The position numbers were made by a program, and so were the translations under genes. A stretch of 64,000 nucleotides of DNA from the NCBI RefSeq assembly GCF_000281045.1, contig NW_008246109.1, positions 201,491 to 265,490 of the forward strand, given 5' to 3'. This DNA comes from Saprolegnia diclina VS20 (Eukaryota). Below are positions 36,185 to 49,732 of the stretch, one piece after another. The notes below the pieces were generated by a model. It had not been told where the DNA came from. It saw nothing but the letters and a program-made list of their open reading frames with translations, and did not search any database. Positions within the stretch are counted from its first letter, which is position 1, and every line of letters starts with the position of its first letter.

Positions 36185-37348
36185 ATGGATCGATCGAGAA
36201 CCGACGAGATCGTCGACGACTTTGACGTGGCATGGGACCTCGACCTGCCAGCGCGGCCCAAGCGACAACGCAAGCGCTACATCGACGAGATCACAGAGCT
36301 GCGCGCCAAGGTTGCCGACTACTCGGAGCAGCTAGCTGCTCTGACGCAGCGCCAAGAGATCGACATCATCTGCGCGACGCCGTGGGAAAGCATCTCGCGG
36401 CGACAGGCCATCGAGCGCAGCGTCGCCGAGCAGGACAATGCGCGCTTGAAAGACGCGGTTCAAGAGCAGCTGACCATGATCGAGGCGCTGCTGCGCATCG
36501 TGCAGAAGCGGCCCAAGCTCATGGACATCTCGTACCTCGAGGATTGGAAGCTGCAGCGCTTGCCCGCCGACCCGACCGAGCGTCGTTTGAGCTTCAACGC
36601 CATGCTTGACGCCGAGTACGATCGCCTTGAGAGCGTCTTCCTGGCCCAGCGCCTGCACGACGCCACCGAGCCGTGCACCCTCACGCACGTCGGTATCGAC
36701 AACGACCAGCTCGTACTGACGTGCACCATGGTGTATACGATCCCCGCCGAGATGGGTCGCGTCGCTGACGCGCTTTGGGCGACCTTTTCACAAGACAAGC
36801 TGGTGGCGCTCGAGTCAGGCGCGCTTCTGGTAACCTGCTTGGTGATGACGCCAGCGTCGTCATCTTGCGTCGTTGTAGCCGCTGCCGAGCGTCGACGAGG
36901 CCACACGCTACACCAAGCTGTTTTTGCGGTTCCCCGGTGACTTTGAACTGCACGGCAACATGGCCTGCAAGCGCTACGACGAGTCTGCTGCGCGCACCGC
37001 GTTCACGATGCGCATCGTGCTCGACGACGACGTGTACCCGTACCCACCGGAGGTCTACGTACCCCAAGAAACGGGCTGGTACTTCGCCTTGAAAGATCTC
37101 TTCTTTTGACATTCGAGATTAGGTTTGTCGTCGAGATGGTGAGCAGCAACGAGAGTCGCATCAAGTACTTTAGCCGCGGCCACGTACCGTGCAAGAGCTA
37201 CCACGATGCATCCCGCAGCATAGAGACCGACGACCTCAACTTCGCGGCGCTGGCCGAGTTCGTGCTGACGAGCTACCGCAGCAACATTCGGACGCTGCAA
37301 GCAATGATCAACCGACGGCTTTTCGAGCCGCAGCCCACGAGGCTGTGA
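36185..37348 (+). CDS. Oomycete M96-like (basic/coiled-coil plus START-like) protein, 2 introns
   Basis: KRQRKRYIDEITELRAKV, WESISRRQAIERSVAEQDNARLK; architecture typical of the oomycete M96 family. Confidence 0.7.
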
Positions 37349-37846
37349 TTATCTGCCTAACTTGAAGCGCTCGTATCTGTTGTACTTGCCACACAGCCAT
37401 CGACGCAGACTGGGACAAAGAGATTCAGCGGGATCGCGAAGACATCGCTTCGCACCCACCTTTGCTAAAACGACACGCTGCCCAATGCAAACACAGCTTA
37501 CTTGGAGCGTTCGGCAAAGGATAGAACGAGAGCTCATGCATCGACTCGAGCGACAAGGTCCTATCGTCGTCAGCCGATACGCCTTGCGAATCTCTTGGTC
37601 CTTGCGAGGGAGAGAGAATCGAGGTCATTTCCTTCGGGCCAACTTCAACATCGTGCGCTCCCGACGCCGACCAGAGCCGTCGCAATGACATTGGCGCCGA
37701 CGTTGACAGCAACGAGAATGACAAGGACGACGGCAACCAAGAAGGCAGCGGCCACGAGAGCAACAATGACGTCGGCAACGAAGGAGTCGCTGACGACGAT
37801 GCGAAGCCACAAGCACTGTTTGGCGGGACGGCGCCGCCATTTACCA

Positions 37847-37916
37847 CTCGCTCGCTACTGCGAGCTTAGCCTCTCAGAAGAAACGAGATGGTACCTTGCG
37901 TGACGCGGGAAGAACG
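37847..37916 (-). repeat. Deleted copy of Nudix exon 1 / intron 1
   Basis: Matches 35577-35637 joined to ~35678-35689. Confidence 0.8.
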
Positions 37917-38686
37917 TCAGAGCCTCGCACGAGCATCCTCCCCGTAGCTGTGGCCTTGCTAACTCCATCCAAGCCACTTCAAATCGCACCACAATACTCT
38001 GCACCACGAAAACAAGATCTCAAGTCGTTCGAGAAGGAGACGAAAAGAGCGCCCGAGTTGATCACGCCGCCCAACTTCAACGTCTCGTATCTGGTTATCA
38101 CGTTCGCTTGGATCAGAACTTTTGGTGCGCAATGCAGGAGCCCAAGCGCAGCGCTCCCGACGCCGACCGAAGCATGTGTCTTCTGCTCCTTCCACAGCTG
38201 CACTGAAGATTCATTTGTCGTAACTCTTTGGCCCACCGCTTCAAACTGTTGCTTGCCTCGACGAGGTAGACAAGGCTACTGCACCCTGCGGCGACGCGAG
38301 TATGGCACGACGTGTAGAAACATAGCCGACGCCAGTACCAAGCTCCCTGCTTTGTAGAGCTCAAGCTCTCGTGCATGCTGCTTTGTCCATCCAGCTGTGC
38401 TACCGGTAGTCATCGTGGGTCGTCCCGGCGAAGGATCGACCCCAAAATGCGGATTTCACGACCATCATTCAAGACCACCATTCTGCCGATTTCGGAAGTC
38501 GTTCGTGTCAATAACGGGTATTTTCCACCGCCGACGATCCTTTTTCTTTTTTCACGTTGTGGTTTTTTGTTTGTATCTCGTCTTAATGTTTTGAACACCG
38601 TGGGAAATGACGTGAATAACGTGAAGAATGCATGGATTCGATCGAAGGACCCGTTTTTGGCACGAGAGCAAGCTTAGCGAACCGCC

Positions 38687-38702
38687 CATTCCGCAATTTG
38701 CC
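38687..38702 (+). promoter_or_regulatory. Oomycete INR+FPR core promoter
   Basis: CCATTCCGCAATTTGC immediately before the ATG at 38703. Confidence 0.65.
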
Positions 38703-41700
38703 ATGCACGTCTTCTCGTCGCTCCTGCCGTCGTCCGAGCAGGCGACGATCGCCGCCGACGAAGTCTTCCTCCGTGGACAGCTCCATGTACGTTAGCATCT
38801 TCCTCCTCGTCATGCAGCGTCCTCATGCAGCTTCCTCGTCGGTAGAGCTTCCTCGGGCTTCTCCAAGCGAAGGACCATGGCGCTATCGCGTTCCACCACT
38901 TTCGGACGCTTCAGACGTTCTTCAAGCGCAAGTACACCTTGGAAGATCCCTCCGTGACGATCGACCTCATCCACGCGCTTGTCGACTACGTCTTTATGAC
39001 CAGCCCGCGCATCGAGTTGCAGGTCAAGGCGCTCGACGCGGCCGTGCTGCTCATCAAGAAGGCGCGCAAGCAATCGCTCGCGCTCGATGGGCCGTCCAAT
39101 TTGCAGCTGCAGTGGGCGACCGCGCTGCAGGTGTGGGACACGACGTTCTACGCGACGCCGGGGCCGGTCCTGCCCGTGTCCAGCACGACCCAAGGCGCGT
39201 ACAAGACGGCGCTCATCAAGTACCTCTCCAAGGCGAGGAAGAGCTACCCGAGCGATGCGACCCTCTGGACGTTCGTCGCGCCACGTCTGGTCGAGACAGA
39301 GACCGAAGGCAGTCTCAAGGCCGCGGCCACGCTCTCGTTGCTCTGGAGTCCGTCCATGGAGGCCACGCCGCTCCTGTCGCAATGGGTCGCGGTCTGGGCG
39401 CGCATCAACACGCTGCAGGAGTGGGACCTGCACTGGCTGCGCCTCTTCTCACGCGTGGCCAAGCATGAGCACGCGCGCGGGACGCTCGACGCAGCGGCAT
39501 GGGCCCCGCATTTGCCCTTCCTCTTTGCCAAGATCCAGCACTGTCTCTCGCTGCCGTCCGACATGGGGCCGTCCCCCGCGCGCAACAAGTGGCCCAAGAC
39601 CCTATCGGGGCTCCACGGCGAGAAGCATGCGCTCTACTACGCGTCCAAGCTCGTCGTGTACCTTCTCTCGTCCGCATCAGAGGCGCAGAGCATGCTCCTC
39701 CAGCTGCTCCACCTCCTCGAGCCTTTCTTCCATCCGTCGAGCGCCAACAACGCTGCCAACGGCATCTCGGACCTTATGTACTACACGAGCGCGTTCCTCT
39801 GCCTCCGGTCCGGCCACGACCGCGCCGAGGGCCGTCCGACGGTCGAGGCGTCGCCGCTCGTGGTCGCGCTCATCGACCTCGCATTTCTCGGGATCTACGC
39901 CAAGAGCCAGTCCGTCTCGTCCAAGTCGAGCTTCACGCTGCGCAACATTCTGTGTCTCTCGCGGACGCACGCACCCCGCATTGTCGAGACGCTGCTTCGC
40001 GGGTTGGACCCGTCGGCCGTGAGCCAGACGCACCAAGCACCGAGCGCGATCTCGGCGCTGACGATCTGCGGTCCCGCACTGCTCCGTGGCGATCTCCAAT
40101 GGGCACCCAACGTGCTGCCGTCGATTCTGCACTTGACGCTGCCCGGCATCGACCCGAACGACGACACCAAGACGAGCCGGACGCTGCAGCTCTATGCGAC
40201 GTGGCTCATGTACCTTCCGCTGGCCAACGACACGAGTCGGCCGCTGACGCCGCGGTCGCCGCTTTCGATCGAGTGGCTGAGTGCACTCGACCAGCGGCTG
40301 TTTGCGTCGGTGACGCTGTCGTCGGACGTCGACACTGCGCTGTGGGCGACGGGGGATGCCCTCGAAGCGTGGGTGCTCCAGCTTCTCGACCGGCTCTTTG
40401 TGCTCTTCAAGCAGCAGGAAAAGCCCGACGTGGCCAAAGACTCGAACGAAGACAAGTTCCAGATCGGCGCGCACCTGCAGCACGTTGCGACGCTTCTCTT
40501 TGCCCAGCTCTCGCCGTCGATGTACACGCTGGCGCTGCGCCGCGTTGCCGACTTTGTCGCCGCCACGTACATCCCGACGGCCGGCAAGCTCGTCGCGGGC
40601 TTCCTCGCGGCCGTGGTGGCGCCCCACCCGAACCAGTCGTTGCCGCAGCTTTTGGTGCCGGCCATGGACCGCGTGCTCGGTGGCGCGTTGACGGAAAGCG
40701 AGCTCGCGTGGCAGCTGCGACTCGTCGACGGCTGCGTCAAGAGCACTGTGGGCACGGCGCTTTTGCCGTTCCATAGCAAGCTCAAGGCGGTCGTGTCGGC
40801 GTCCGGTGTCCACGAGAGCCCCAAGATCGTCAAGCTCGGCTGCAAGATCTTGCGCCACGTGCTCGCACGCCTCACCAGTGTGTACCAGCCCGACTATGGC
40901 CGCGCGCTGCCCCCGATGGCCTCTGCGATCGCCGAGACCAGCTCTACGAGCCAGTTTCTCGGTGTGAGCTTGTCCTGGGGTGCGCTCGAACCCGTGTGGC
41001 ATGAACCCAGCACGGACGAGCTCGGTATGGCGGCCGACTGGCTTGCGACCTTTGCGCTCGTCGAGTCGACGCTCACGGCAACATCGGCGTCGAGCACCTG
41101 GCGCACGCGCCTGCGTCACATTCTGCACGCGGTTCGCGGTGCCAAGCCGCTGCTGTTGGACCCGGTGGCGTCGACAAATTTGCCGATCGATGCGCTTCCG
41201 AGCGTCTTGCAGACCCAAAAGCGACTGGAAGCTGTGCTCTCGGCGCACCCGGACGTGCTGACATCGCTCTTGACGCTGCGCGCGCGCGTCGCTGCGGTCA
41301 TGCGCGACGTGGTCGGCGTGTGGTACGACTCGACCGACCTCGTCGCGTCCAAGTGTCTTCGCTACGCACTGCGCGTCATGACGTTGATTTTGCACCCGCG
41401 TGACGCGGCGCACGTGGCCAACGTGCGCATGTACTCCAAGTGGCGCAAGCTCTCGAGCGGCGACACGGCGTCCAAGGCGATGACGCAGCGCGTGCTCACG
41501 AGCGCGTCATCGATTCCGCTCTTGCCGCGTCGATTGATGCAAGAACGGCTGAGTATTTTGCTCGCCGAGCACTACGACGACCGCAGCTTTGCGTACACGC
41601 GCTTTGTGCGGACGCACCCAACGCTTGTCGGCGACCCGACAGTCGCATCCGGTTTGCTCGATGCCGTCGCGCACCTCGCCGTGCACCCGCTGGCGAAGAC

Positions 41701-43960
41701 GCGCAAGGCCGCGCAGAGTGCGCTCGATAAGGTCGCTTCGCGCTATTCGCAATGGCACGCGGCGCAGCTCCCGCTGTGGGCGTCGACGCTCACGGACGAG
41801 GCGACGTCGCATCACGTGATCACGGGCGTGCTGCATCTGCTGCAGCTCCAACGGTCGCTGCACGTCATCTGGAAGGACTGGACGCTCGCGGAATCCCTCC
41901 TGGGCACGCTCTGCCGCGCGGCCGACGTCAAGCAGCGCACGGCCGAAGACGAAATGAAGACAAGTGCACGCGTCCTCAAGACATTTCTGCAGCTGCTCGC
42001 GAGTGTCCGTGACGCCGACGGTATTCCGCCGGTCGCATCGCTTATGGCGCTCGAGGCCGACATGCAAGGCCACTGGCGGTTCCAGCTCATGCATTTGGCG
42101 AGCATTCTTCCGTGGCTGCGCGCCGACCGACCCGTCCCGACTGCGATCTGGGGCCTCATTCTGCGCCGCGTGGTCTCGGACGTGCCGCAGGTCGTGACGT
42201 TTGCGCGCCTTCTGCTCTCGCGCGCACTCAAGGTCCACCAAGCGAATGGTACCGAGGCACTGCCGACGGACGTGCTTGAGACGCTCTTTGCGACGACAAC
42301 ACTCTCGGCGCTCACTCGCGACTTGGTGTTGGACCACAAGACGGCGCAGCGGTCGGCCGACGGACAAAGCGCGGACGCGTCGCCGGCGCGCTGGTCGCTC
42401 GGCGTCCACGAACTGGTCGCACTGGTCGAGAACGAAGCGGCGCCGCATCCACTGCGGGCGTTTGGGCCGCAAGCCACTGAGCACATTTCGCCGCTCCACG
42501 TGCTATTTGTCACGCGCCTCGCAGTCGAAGCCTCGGGAACCATCGATGTGTTTGGTCGCTGGCAGCCGCTGCTCGCGAACCTCGCGGCGTGCGACACGGA
42601 CGAGCGCCGCGCGTCGCTCTCGACGCTTGGTTCGATCCTTGTCGGCCTCGCCCCGGAAAATGCTGCGTCGCTCTTCCAAGCGGTGTTGCCCAAGCTCAGC
42701 GTCCCGTACGCGCACGACTGGTACGACGTCGTGCTGCTCTACTTGCGTCGTCGGCACGATGTGGCGCTGCTCGAGTACATTGTGAATGAGACCGAGACAG
42801 CGCTGGCGGCCGCGGACGCTGTTGACGCCACGGGTCAAGTGCGCTGGCTTGTGCTCTCGCAGCCCGTCGCGATCCACCTCGTGTACGAAGCGCCGAATGC
42901 TGTCTTGTCGCAACGTCTCGTCGATGTTGCGACCAAGGCGCTCGACCACCCGTACGCCTTTGTCCGCGAGCAAGTTGCAGCGCTGCTCTACATCTTTACG
43001 AACGCCACCGACGTGACGCTGCCGTTTGCAGCGTGCCAGCGTGGGATCGTCTATGACACGCCGACGGGCGCCGTCCATGACAAGGAGCTCTCGCTGCGCA
43101 AAACCGTGCTCTCGTGGCTTGCGGCGTTCGTCTCGCGAGGCGACTCGCCGCAGTTTGAGGTGCTTCTCCTGCTCTTTCCGATTGCGTTCGACACGCAAGC
43201 GTTTCCGGACGCGGACGTGGCGCGGTCGGCGCGCATCGTTGTCGAGGCCATCGCGACCAAGCTCCGGCTCTTCTCGAGCACGCAAGTTAGCGAGCAGCTC
43301 ATCACGTGCTTGGCCTCGGCGCTGGCGTCGCCCCAGTGGCGCACGCGTGGCGCCGTCTTGCGCTTCCTCACCGTCTTCAACTTTCACCACGGTCTCTTGA
43401 GCAGCGCCAAGCCGCACATTGAAGCGCTCCTCCTCTCGCGACTCGAAGACGACGTCCGCGACGTCCAAGATATGGCGCAGTTTTCGCTCCGCGGGTTTGT
43501 CCGGACGCTCTCCCAGGCACGCGTCGCCGAGCTTGCGACTGCGTTTCTTACTGAGACGTCGGCGGCGCGGCTCCAGCGGGCCAAGCGCGAGAAGCAGCTC
43601 AAGCGCCTCCGCCTCATCCTCCGCGTGAAGAAGGAAGGCATGGACTTGGAGGCCGCGGCGACGCAGCTGGCGGCGCTCGAGGCGACCAGCGTCAACGTTG
43701 GTCCGACCGTGCGCGGCTGCTTTGGCATCGGCGCCATCGTGCTCGCGTATCCGTACTCGGTGCCAGTGTTTGTACCGGCGATCTTGGAAGAGCTGGCGCT
43801 GCATGTCCACGAGGCGGCGGTCACGGACGTGGTCAAGGCCGTCTTGCTCGAGTTCAAACGGACGCACCAGGACAGCTGGCACGAGGACAAGGCGGTGTTC
43901 ACGCGGTCGCAGCTCGAAGCGATCGAAGAGCTGTTGATCTCGCCGCACTATTATACCTAG
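38703..43960 (+). CDS. PSME4: Proteasome activator PA200/Blm10, one 5' intron
   Basis: LEPFFHPS, LPGIDPNDDTKT, EFKRTHQDSW and C-terminal YYx motif (HYYT). Large helical-repeat protein. Confidence 0.93.
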
Positions 43961-44060
43961 TTGATTCTTCTCCTCTTTCTATAAACCAACTCGACTAGTT
44001 GCATGTTGTCGTAGTATAGTGTCATTATGGCAGTAGACCAAGAGGACAGTACTAGTCGGC

Positions 44061-45212
44061 TTAGCCGTCCTGGGAACAGAGGACCTTGAACGAGCACGTC
44101 ATGTTGGTGTCGACGACGAGCATGCCGCCGGCGTTGTCAAACTCGTTGCAGTAGTTGGGCGCCGAGAAGATCGTCACGAGCTTGCGACCAGCAAAGAATT
44201 CGTAGCCGTCCGAGACCACCTGGCATAGGATTACATCAGATGACGTTCCAGATCCATCTGGAAACCTGGTGCGCGCGGCAAACCAGATCCAAGTCGTGCG
44301 TGTCGAGGAACTGCTCGACGACGTCGGCGCCAAAGATGTACGAGACGCCGCGGTCGCTCTCAGTCCAGCCGTGGCTGTCGGCGTCCGGGTCGGCCCACAA
44401 CAAGTCGCAGAGCAGTCCCTATCATGCAGGTTCCTCTAGCTGAAGGAGGCTTGTAGAGCGAGCGTACTTCGTCCGGCACGTCGGTGGGCCGGCGAATGTT
44501 CTTGATTTGGTCCATCTTGTACAGATCGGGCGAGAGGCCACCGTGCATGCAGAAGATCTAGCTCCGTGAGAACGACGACGCTCCGACACGCTACGACGGA
44601 CCTTGTCGCCGACGATGGCCGCGACCGGCATGCAGTTGAAGCAGTCGGCGAACGTGCGCCACAGCTTGACGTTGTACCGGCGCTTGCATTCGTCGTAAAA
44701 GCCTACGTTGTTGACAATCAGAACGGAGAGCCGTGCGAGGAGGCGACGACCGTAGATGCGGTTGATGGACGCGCACTCGTGGTTGCCGCGCAGGAGACTC
44801 ATGCGCGTCGGAAACTTGATCTTGTAGGCGAAGAGGAGGCAGATGGTCTCGATGCTCTGCATGGCGCGGTCGACGTAGTCGCCCAGGAAGAGGTAGTTCT
44901 TTTGCTCCGGAAAGCCGCCGATCTCAAAGAGCCGCAGCAAGTCCGAGTACTGGCCGTGCGTGTCGCCGCAAATGTTCATGGGCACGTTGAGCTCGAGCAG
45001 CATCGGCTGCGCGAGGAAAATCTACGTGGCATCGTCAGCCTTCTTTGGGAAGGACGAGGGAGAGAGCGTACACCGCGGCAGTGCTTGCAGAGCGCATTGA
45101 TCTCTTCGATGTCGAGGTCCGTCACCTCAGTCTGCACCGGCTTGTCGCGCACCACGAGGAGCTTGGTGATGATCTTGTCGACCCATTCGAGGTTGCCTGC
45201 ATCCATCGCCAT
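44061..45212 (-). CDS. PP1-type Ser/Thr phosphatase catalytic subunit, ~5 introns
   Basis: [55 protein letters not shown]. Confidence 0.95.
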
Positions 45213-46153
45213 GTACGACGCAAAGTGGTGTCACCAAAACGCTCGCCCTTGGAAACCCCCGTGAAACAACCCTCAGAAAAGACGCTGTGCGCCTTGTCCT
45301 GTCAGCGCTCGCCGCTGCAGCCTCTCCTGGCAGCCCAGGCAGCCGTCGCGCGGCTCTTCATGCTCTGCCAGGACCGCAATGGTGTCGTCATGACCACCGG
45401 CTCATTTCGAAGCTCCAACCAACACGCGCCTCTCGATCGCAGCCGGCGACCAGGCGAGTCTCGATGGATCCAACACCAAATCTTGGGTTTGTTTGACGCA
45501 ACATGCAGTCACGCACGGTCCTCCTCGCACGAAGCAGCTGTCGCCATCAGCAACAGCATTGGTGATGAAGGATAACATCAGCGTAATCGGCGCGAGGCTG
45601 TCCACGTTAGCAATGCCTTACGCCGTCTGCACCTGCTTGCGTCGACTTTGACCGTGCCACGGCTTGCGGCATTGGCGCGGATCAGGCGCCGCGTTCGTCG
45701 ACCGTAGCTGCGACGGGTCGCAGTGCCCGCCACAAGCTTCGCCTCGGACTGTGCGCTGCTGTAATGCCACATCCTTCCGCCTCGCTTCGCCCATGCTTCG
45801 ACCATGCTTCGCCCATCGTCGCCGCGCGTAGGCCTCGCCTCGCCAACGCGCATGGCTCTGGTCCGCCTCGCCATGGCCTTGGTCGTGGCGGTGTTGCGCT
45901 GTTGATGCATCGCCGCTTGTCTCTGAGACGCGCCGGGGTCGACTCGACGTCGAGTCAACAGGTTCGCTTAAGTGCGGTGGAAAAGATCCCAGCGGACGCG
46001 GCTGACGTCAACGGGTGCATCGCGCATTGTATTGCATACAAACCGCAAGGTAATTTAATACAAAACGTGAGAGAAGGTGGGACTTGAGGTTTGTATGGGG
46101 TTTTATAGGGATGGCAAGAGGCGTCATTTTGCGATTTCTGGAAAGTCCGAAGG

Positions 46154-48352
46154 ATGGCGAAGGGAAGAGCGCTGTCGGTCGACGACCTCACGCTGCAGAT
46201 CTCAGCGCTATGCTTGCTCCTGATGATGTCGATGGATGCGATCAAGTACGTACCTGGCGGCGCCGTGGTATATATGGCATGGAAGGCTCATGGTCATGTG
46301 CTCTAGCCCCGTGAAGGCGGTTTGCTCGTTTCTTGGCATTGACCCGTACACGATCGGGTGGCTCAATCTGCTCGTGCTCCTCGGTGTGCTCTACTACAAC
46401 CTCTCGGACGTGCTCTACTTTTGCATCCGCATCTTCCTCAACAGCGTGCTCTCGATCTTCTTCAAGAGCATTGAAATCGTCGGGAAGGACAACATCCCGA
46501 TGGACGGCCCCGTCATTTTCACGGGCAACCACGCCAACCAGTTTGTCGATGGCATGATTGTCATGATGAACTGCTACCGCAAGGTACTCCTCGACGATGC
46601 ATGTCATGCCTTGTGCTCATTGCTCGGTGCACCTAGGTGGGGTTTCTTGTAGCGGAAAAGTCCATGCACCGCCCGGTCATTGGAGACTTTAGCCGTGCGA
46701 TGGGCTGCATTCCCGTCGTGCGCCCGCAAGATGCAGTCTTGAAGGGCCCGGGGAAGGCTTGCATGCAAGCCTCGGATGACGACTCAGAGTTTATCCTCGT
46801 GGGCGAGAACACGACGTTCTTGACGTCGCTCGCGCGCGGCGACCAAGTCCGCTACGACGGCAAGACGGTCATGGAGTCGGGCGAGCCCGTCAAGGTCGAG
46901 AAGGTCCTCGACGACACGCACGTTGTGCTTTCGGGTCACGTCAAGAACCACGACGGCGACGTCATCTACGACTTTTCGGCGTACGGTATCTTCAAAAAGG
47001 TCGACCAGTCGCACACGTTTGGCGATGTGTACACGGCGCTCAAGCGCGGCAACTGCGTCGGCATCTTCCCCGAAGGCGGCTCGCACGACCGCACCGACCT
47101 CCTTCCGCTCAAGGCCGGCGTCGCGCTCATGGCGTTTGGCGTCAAGGACACGTACCACATCAACGTGCCGGTGGTGCCCGTGGGCCTCAACTACTTTCGC
47201 GGTCACCGCTTCCGCGGCCGCGTCGTCATTGAGTTTGGCGAGCCGATCTCCGTCACGAACGACGACATGGACGTATACAAGACGGACAAGCGCACGGCGT
47301 GCAACGCATTTCTGCACAAGGTGGAGGAAGGCATGCGCAGCGTGATTGTGACAGCGCCCGACTACACGGTGCTCCAGCTCATCTACACGGCGCGCCGCTT
47401 GTACCAGCCGTCGGGCATCAAGCTCTCGCCCAAGGAGACGCAGGACCTCAACCGCCGGTTTGCCGAAGCATACAAGATTCTGAGCGAGCTCCCGGACGCG
47501 CAAGACGAAATGAACGCGCTCCGGGCCAAGCTCGAAGAGTACCGGAAGAGCCTGAGCCTCATGGGCCTCACGGACCACCAGGTGCCGTACATTGCGTGGT
47601 GGAGCATCCACGATGTGATTTCGTCAGCGGTCTACGGCGTGTGCATCTTTGCGCTCGCGTCGATCCCGTCGTTTGTGCTCAATGCGCCGGTGGGGCTCAT
47701 GGCCCGCCACGTCGCCCGCGCCGAGCAGACCAAGGCGCTGGCCGGCTCGACGGTCAAGATTGCCGCCCGCGACGTTGTCTTGAGCAAGAAGATTGCATTT
47801 TCGATCGTCGCCGTGCCCGTGCTATGGATCTCGTACATGGTTCTGGCCATGCTCTTCACCAACTGGAAGTGGTCGAGCATCTTCCTGCTCACGGCGTCGT
47901 TCCCGCTCTTCTCGTACTTTGGCGTGCGCTCGGTCGAGGCCGGCATCATTGAGCTCAAGACGCTCCGCCCGCTCTTTTACCGGCTCCAGCCCAAGTACCG
48001 CAAGATCCAAGACGAGCTGCCGCAGCGCCGCGCGCGCCTCCAGATGGACGTGCGCCTCTTTGTGCGCAAGTACGCGCCGGTGCTTGGCCCGCTCGCGCAG
48101 TCGGCGCCGATGGACTGGTCGGCGTACATGCACTCGGTGGCCAAGACGGAAGACAAGACGACCTCGGAAGACGACAAGGAACGCCGCAACACGATCACAA
48201 AGAAGCACGATCTGAGCTTTCTCAAGCGCGAGAAGACGCCGTCGATGATCAACCTCCGGGCGATGGAGTCGGAGGGCAATGTCTCGGCACCGACGTCGCC
48301 AACGACGGCCGACGAGGAAGTCGACTCGCTCGACGACAAGAAGACGGTCTAG
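46154..48352 (+). CDS. Glycerol-3-phosphate O-acyltransferase (Sct1/Gpt2-like), 2 introns
   Basis: NHANQFVD, FPEGGSHDR, VPVGLNYF, FRGRVVIEFG, C-terminal TM helices. First intron at 46246-46306. Confidence 0.92.
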
Positions 48353-49303
48353 TGCGTACATGTTGGCGCCGTATTCTTATAATCTGCATGTGAATATTGC
48401 TGTAGTCTACGAAAATAGTTGTGGTTTGTCGCTGGCTAATACGGTCGCTCGCTAGTCCTTGGAGAGTTGGGCTCCGATACATTTCTATCACAGTACTACT
48501 TGATGGTCAAGCTCGAACTATGAGCTCAGGATGCAACCGAGCAGCAAGTGACGTCCGTGCCTGCTTCTTGCTCACTCCATGCGTCGAGAATGACCTCGTA
48601 TGGACGGCTACGCAACACGGCTCATGGCTCGGCTCGCTGGACCAAGGTACCGGTGCAAGTTTTTATCTGTAGTGTGCCAACTCGGCAGAGTGCCGACTCG
48701 ATAGATGTACTGTTGGCTCAGTACATCCCTCGTTCACGAAGGCAGACAAGTTGCAACTACATATAGTAGGTCAGGATGCCGCATGAAATCTCATTTGACT
48801 TTTGTGTCAAGGTCCCGAGACGTCGTCGACCCCGCAACGCACGCCCAGCAACGCCATCATCCTCGAGACGCTGGAGCCAAGGACGAGATGCTGGGCGACA
48901 GCATCTCGGATGACAGATGAGCGGTCTTTTGCTCTTTTCGCTTCCATTTTCGATTCGCGAGAAGACGGTCAATCGGCACCGATGGAATCGATTGAAATCC
49001 TCTCGCGAGCGCTGTTCAAAGGTGATTTGACGCCGACGCGGTTCGTGTCCCTCTCTGCTTTGCGTGGGACGCCCGACGTTGTCCCTCCGATCCATTTCAT
49101 GGTTGCGTAAGACAGGTAAGACGGCAGTTCATATTTCCCTTGGTCAAGCCGAGCTGCCAAGGTTTTGCACTACCACAAGCCAGCGAAAAAACAGGCTCAG
49201 AGACGATGGAAGCGCTGCATACTGGTACTAGTCGGCGACCGCACAGCCCCCAAAAAAAATGGGAATTCCACAAACCATTTCAAATGCATCGCCAATAAAA
49301 GTG

Positions 49304-49376
49304 TGGTCTTACCCGGACTTGAACCGGGGACCTTCTCCACGTCAAGGAGACGTGATGACCGCTACACTATAAGACC
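49304..49376 (-). tRNA. tRNA-Val, anticodon GAC
   Basis: GGTCTTA/TAAGACC acceptor stem, TCTCC-TTGACGT-GGAGA anticodon arm, CCCGG-TTCAAGT-CCGGG T arm, A73, downstream TTTT. Confidence 0.93.
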
Positions 49377-49732
49377 GCTCATGCAATTGGTCTCTAGTGT
49401 AAATATATATACAAAACAAATACAACCCAAGTCGATATATTGCGAACGAGTATTACGATAACTTGTCCAGTAGGTACAACCTCCAGCAGCAGTTGACGCT
49501 TCGACACTGTGTGCGGCTCGGTTACTGGAACAAGAGCACTGGCGCCGTGGAGGAGCCACTCTGGGGCAACTCCCTCGTTGCAATGCCCACCTGAATGTTT
49601 TCAGCTTTTTTAGAGCGCTTGAAATATTACGTCGTGTTAATTAACAGCCCATAGACGCCGCCAGGCAAGTCGGACGGCGCCGTTTTATTGGCCCCCTCCC
49701 GCATTGAGCTTGGCCGCACTTTTCTCATCACC

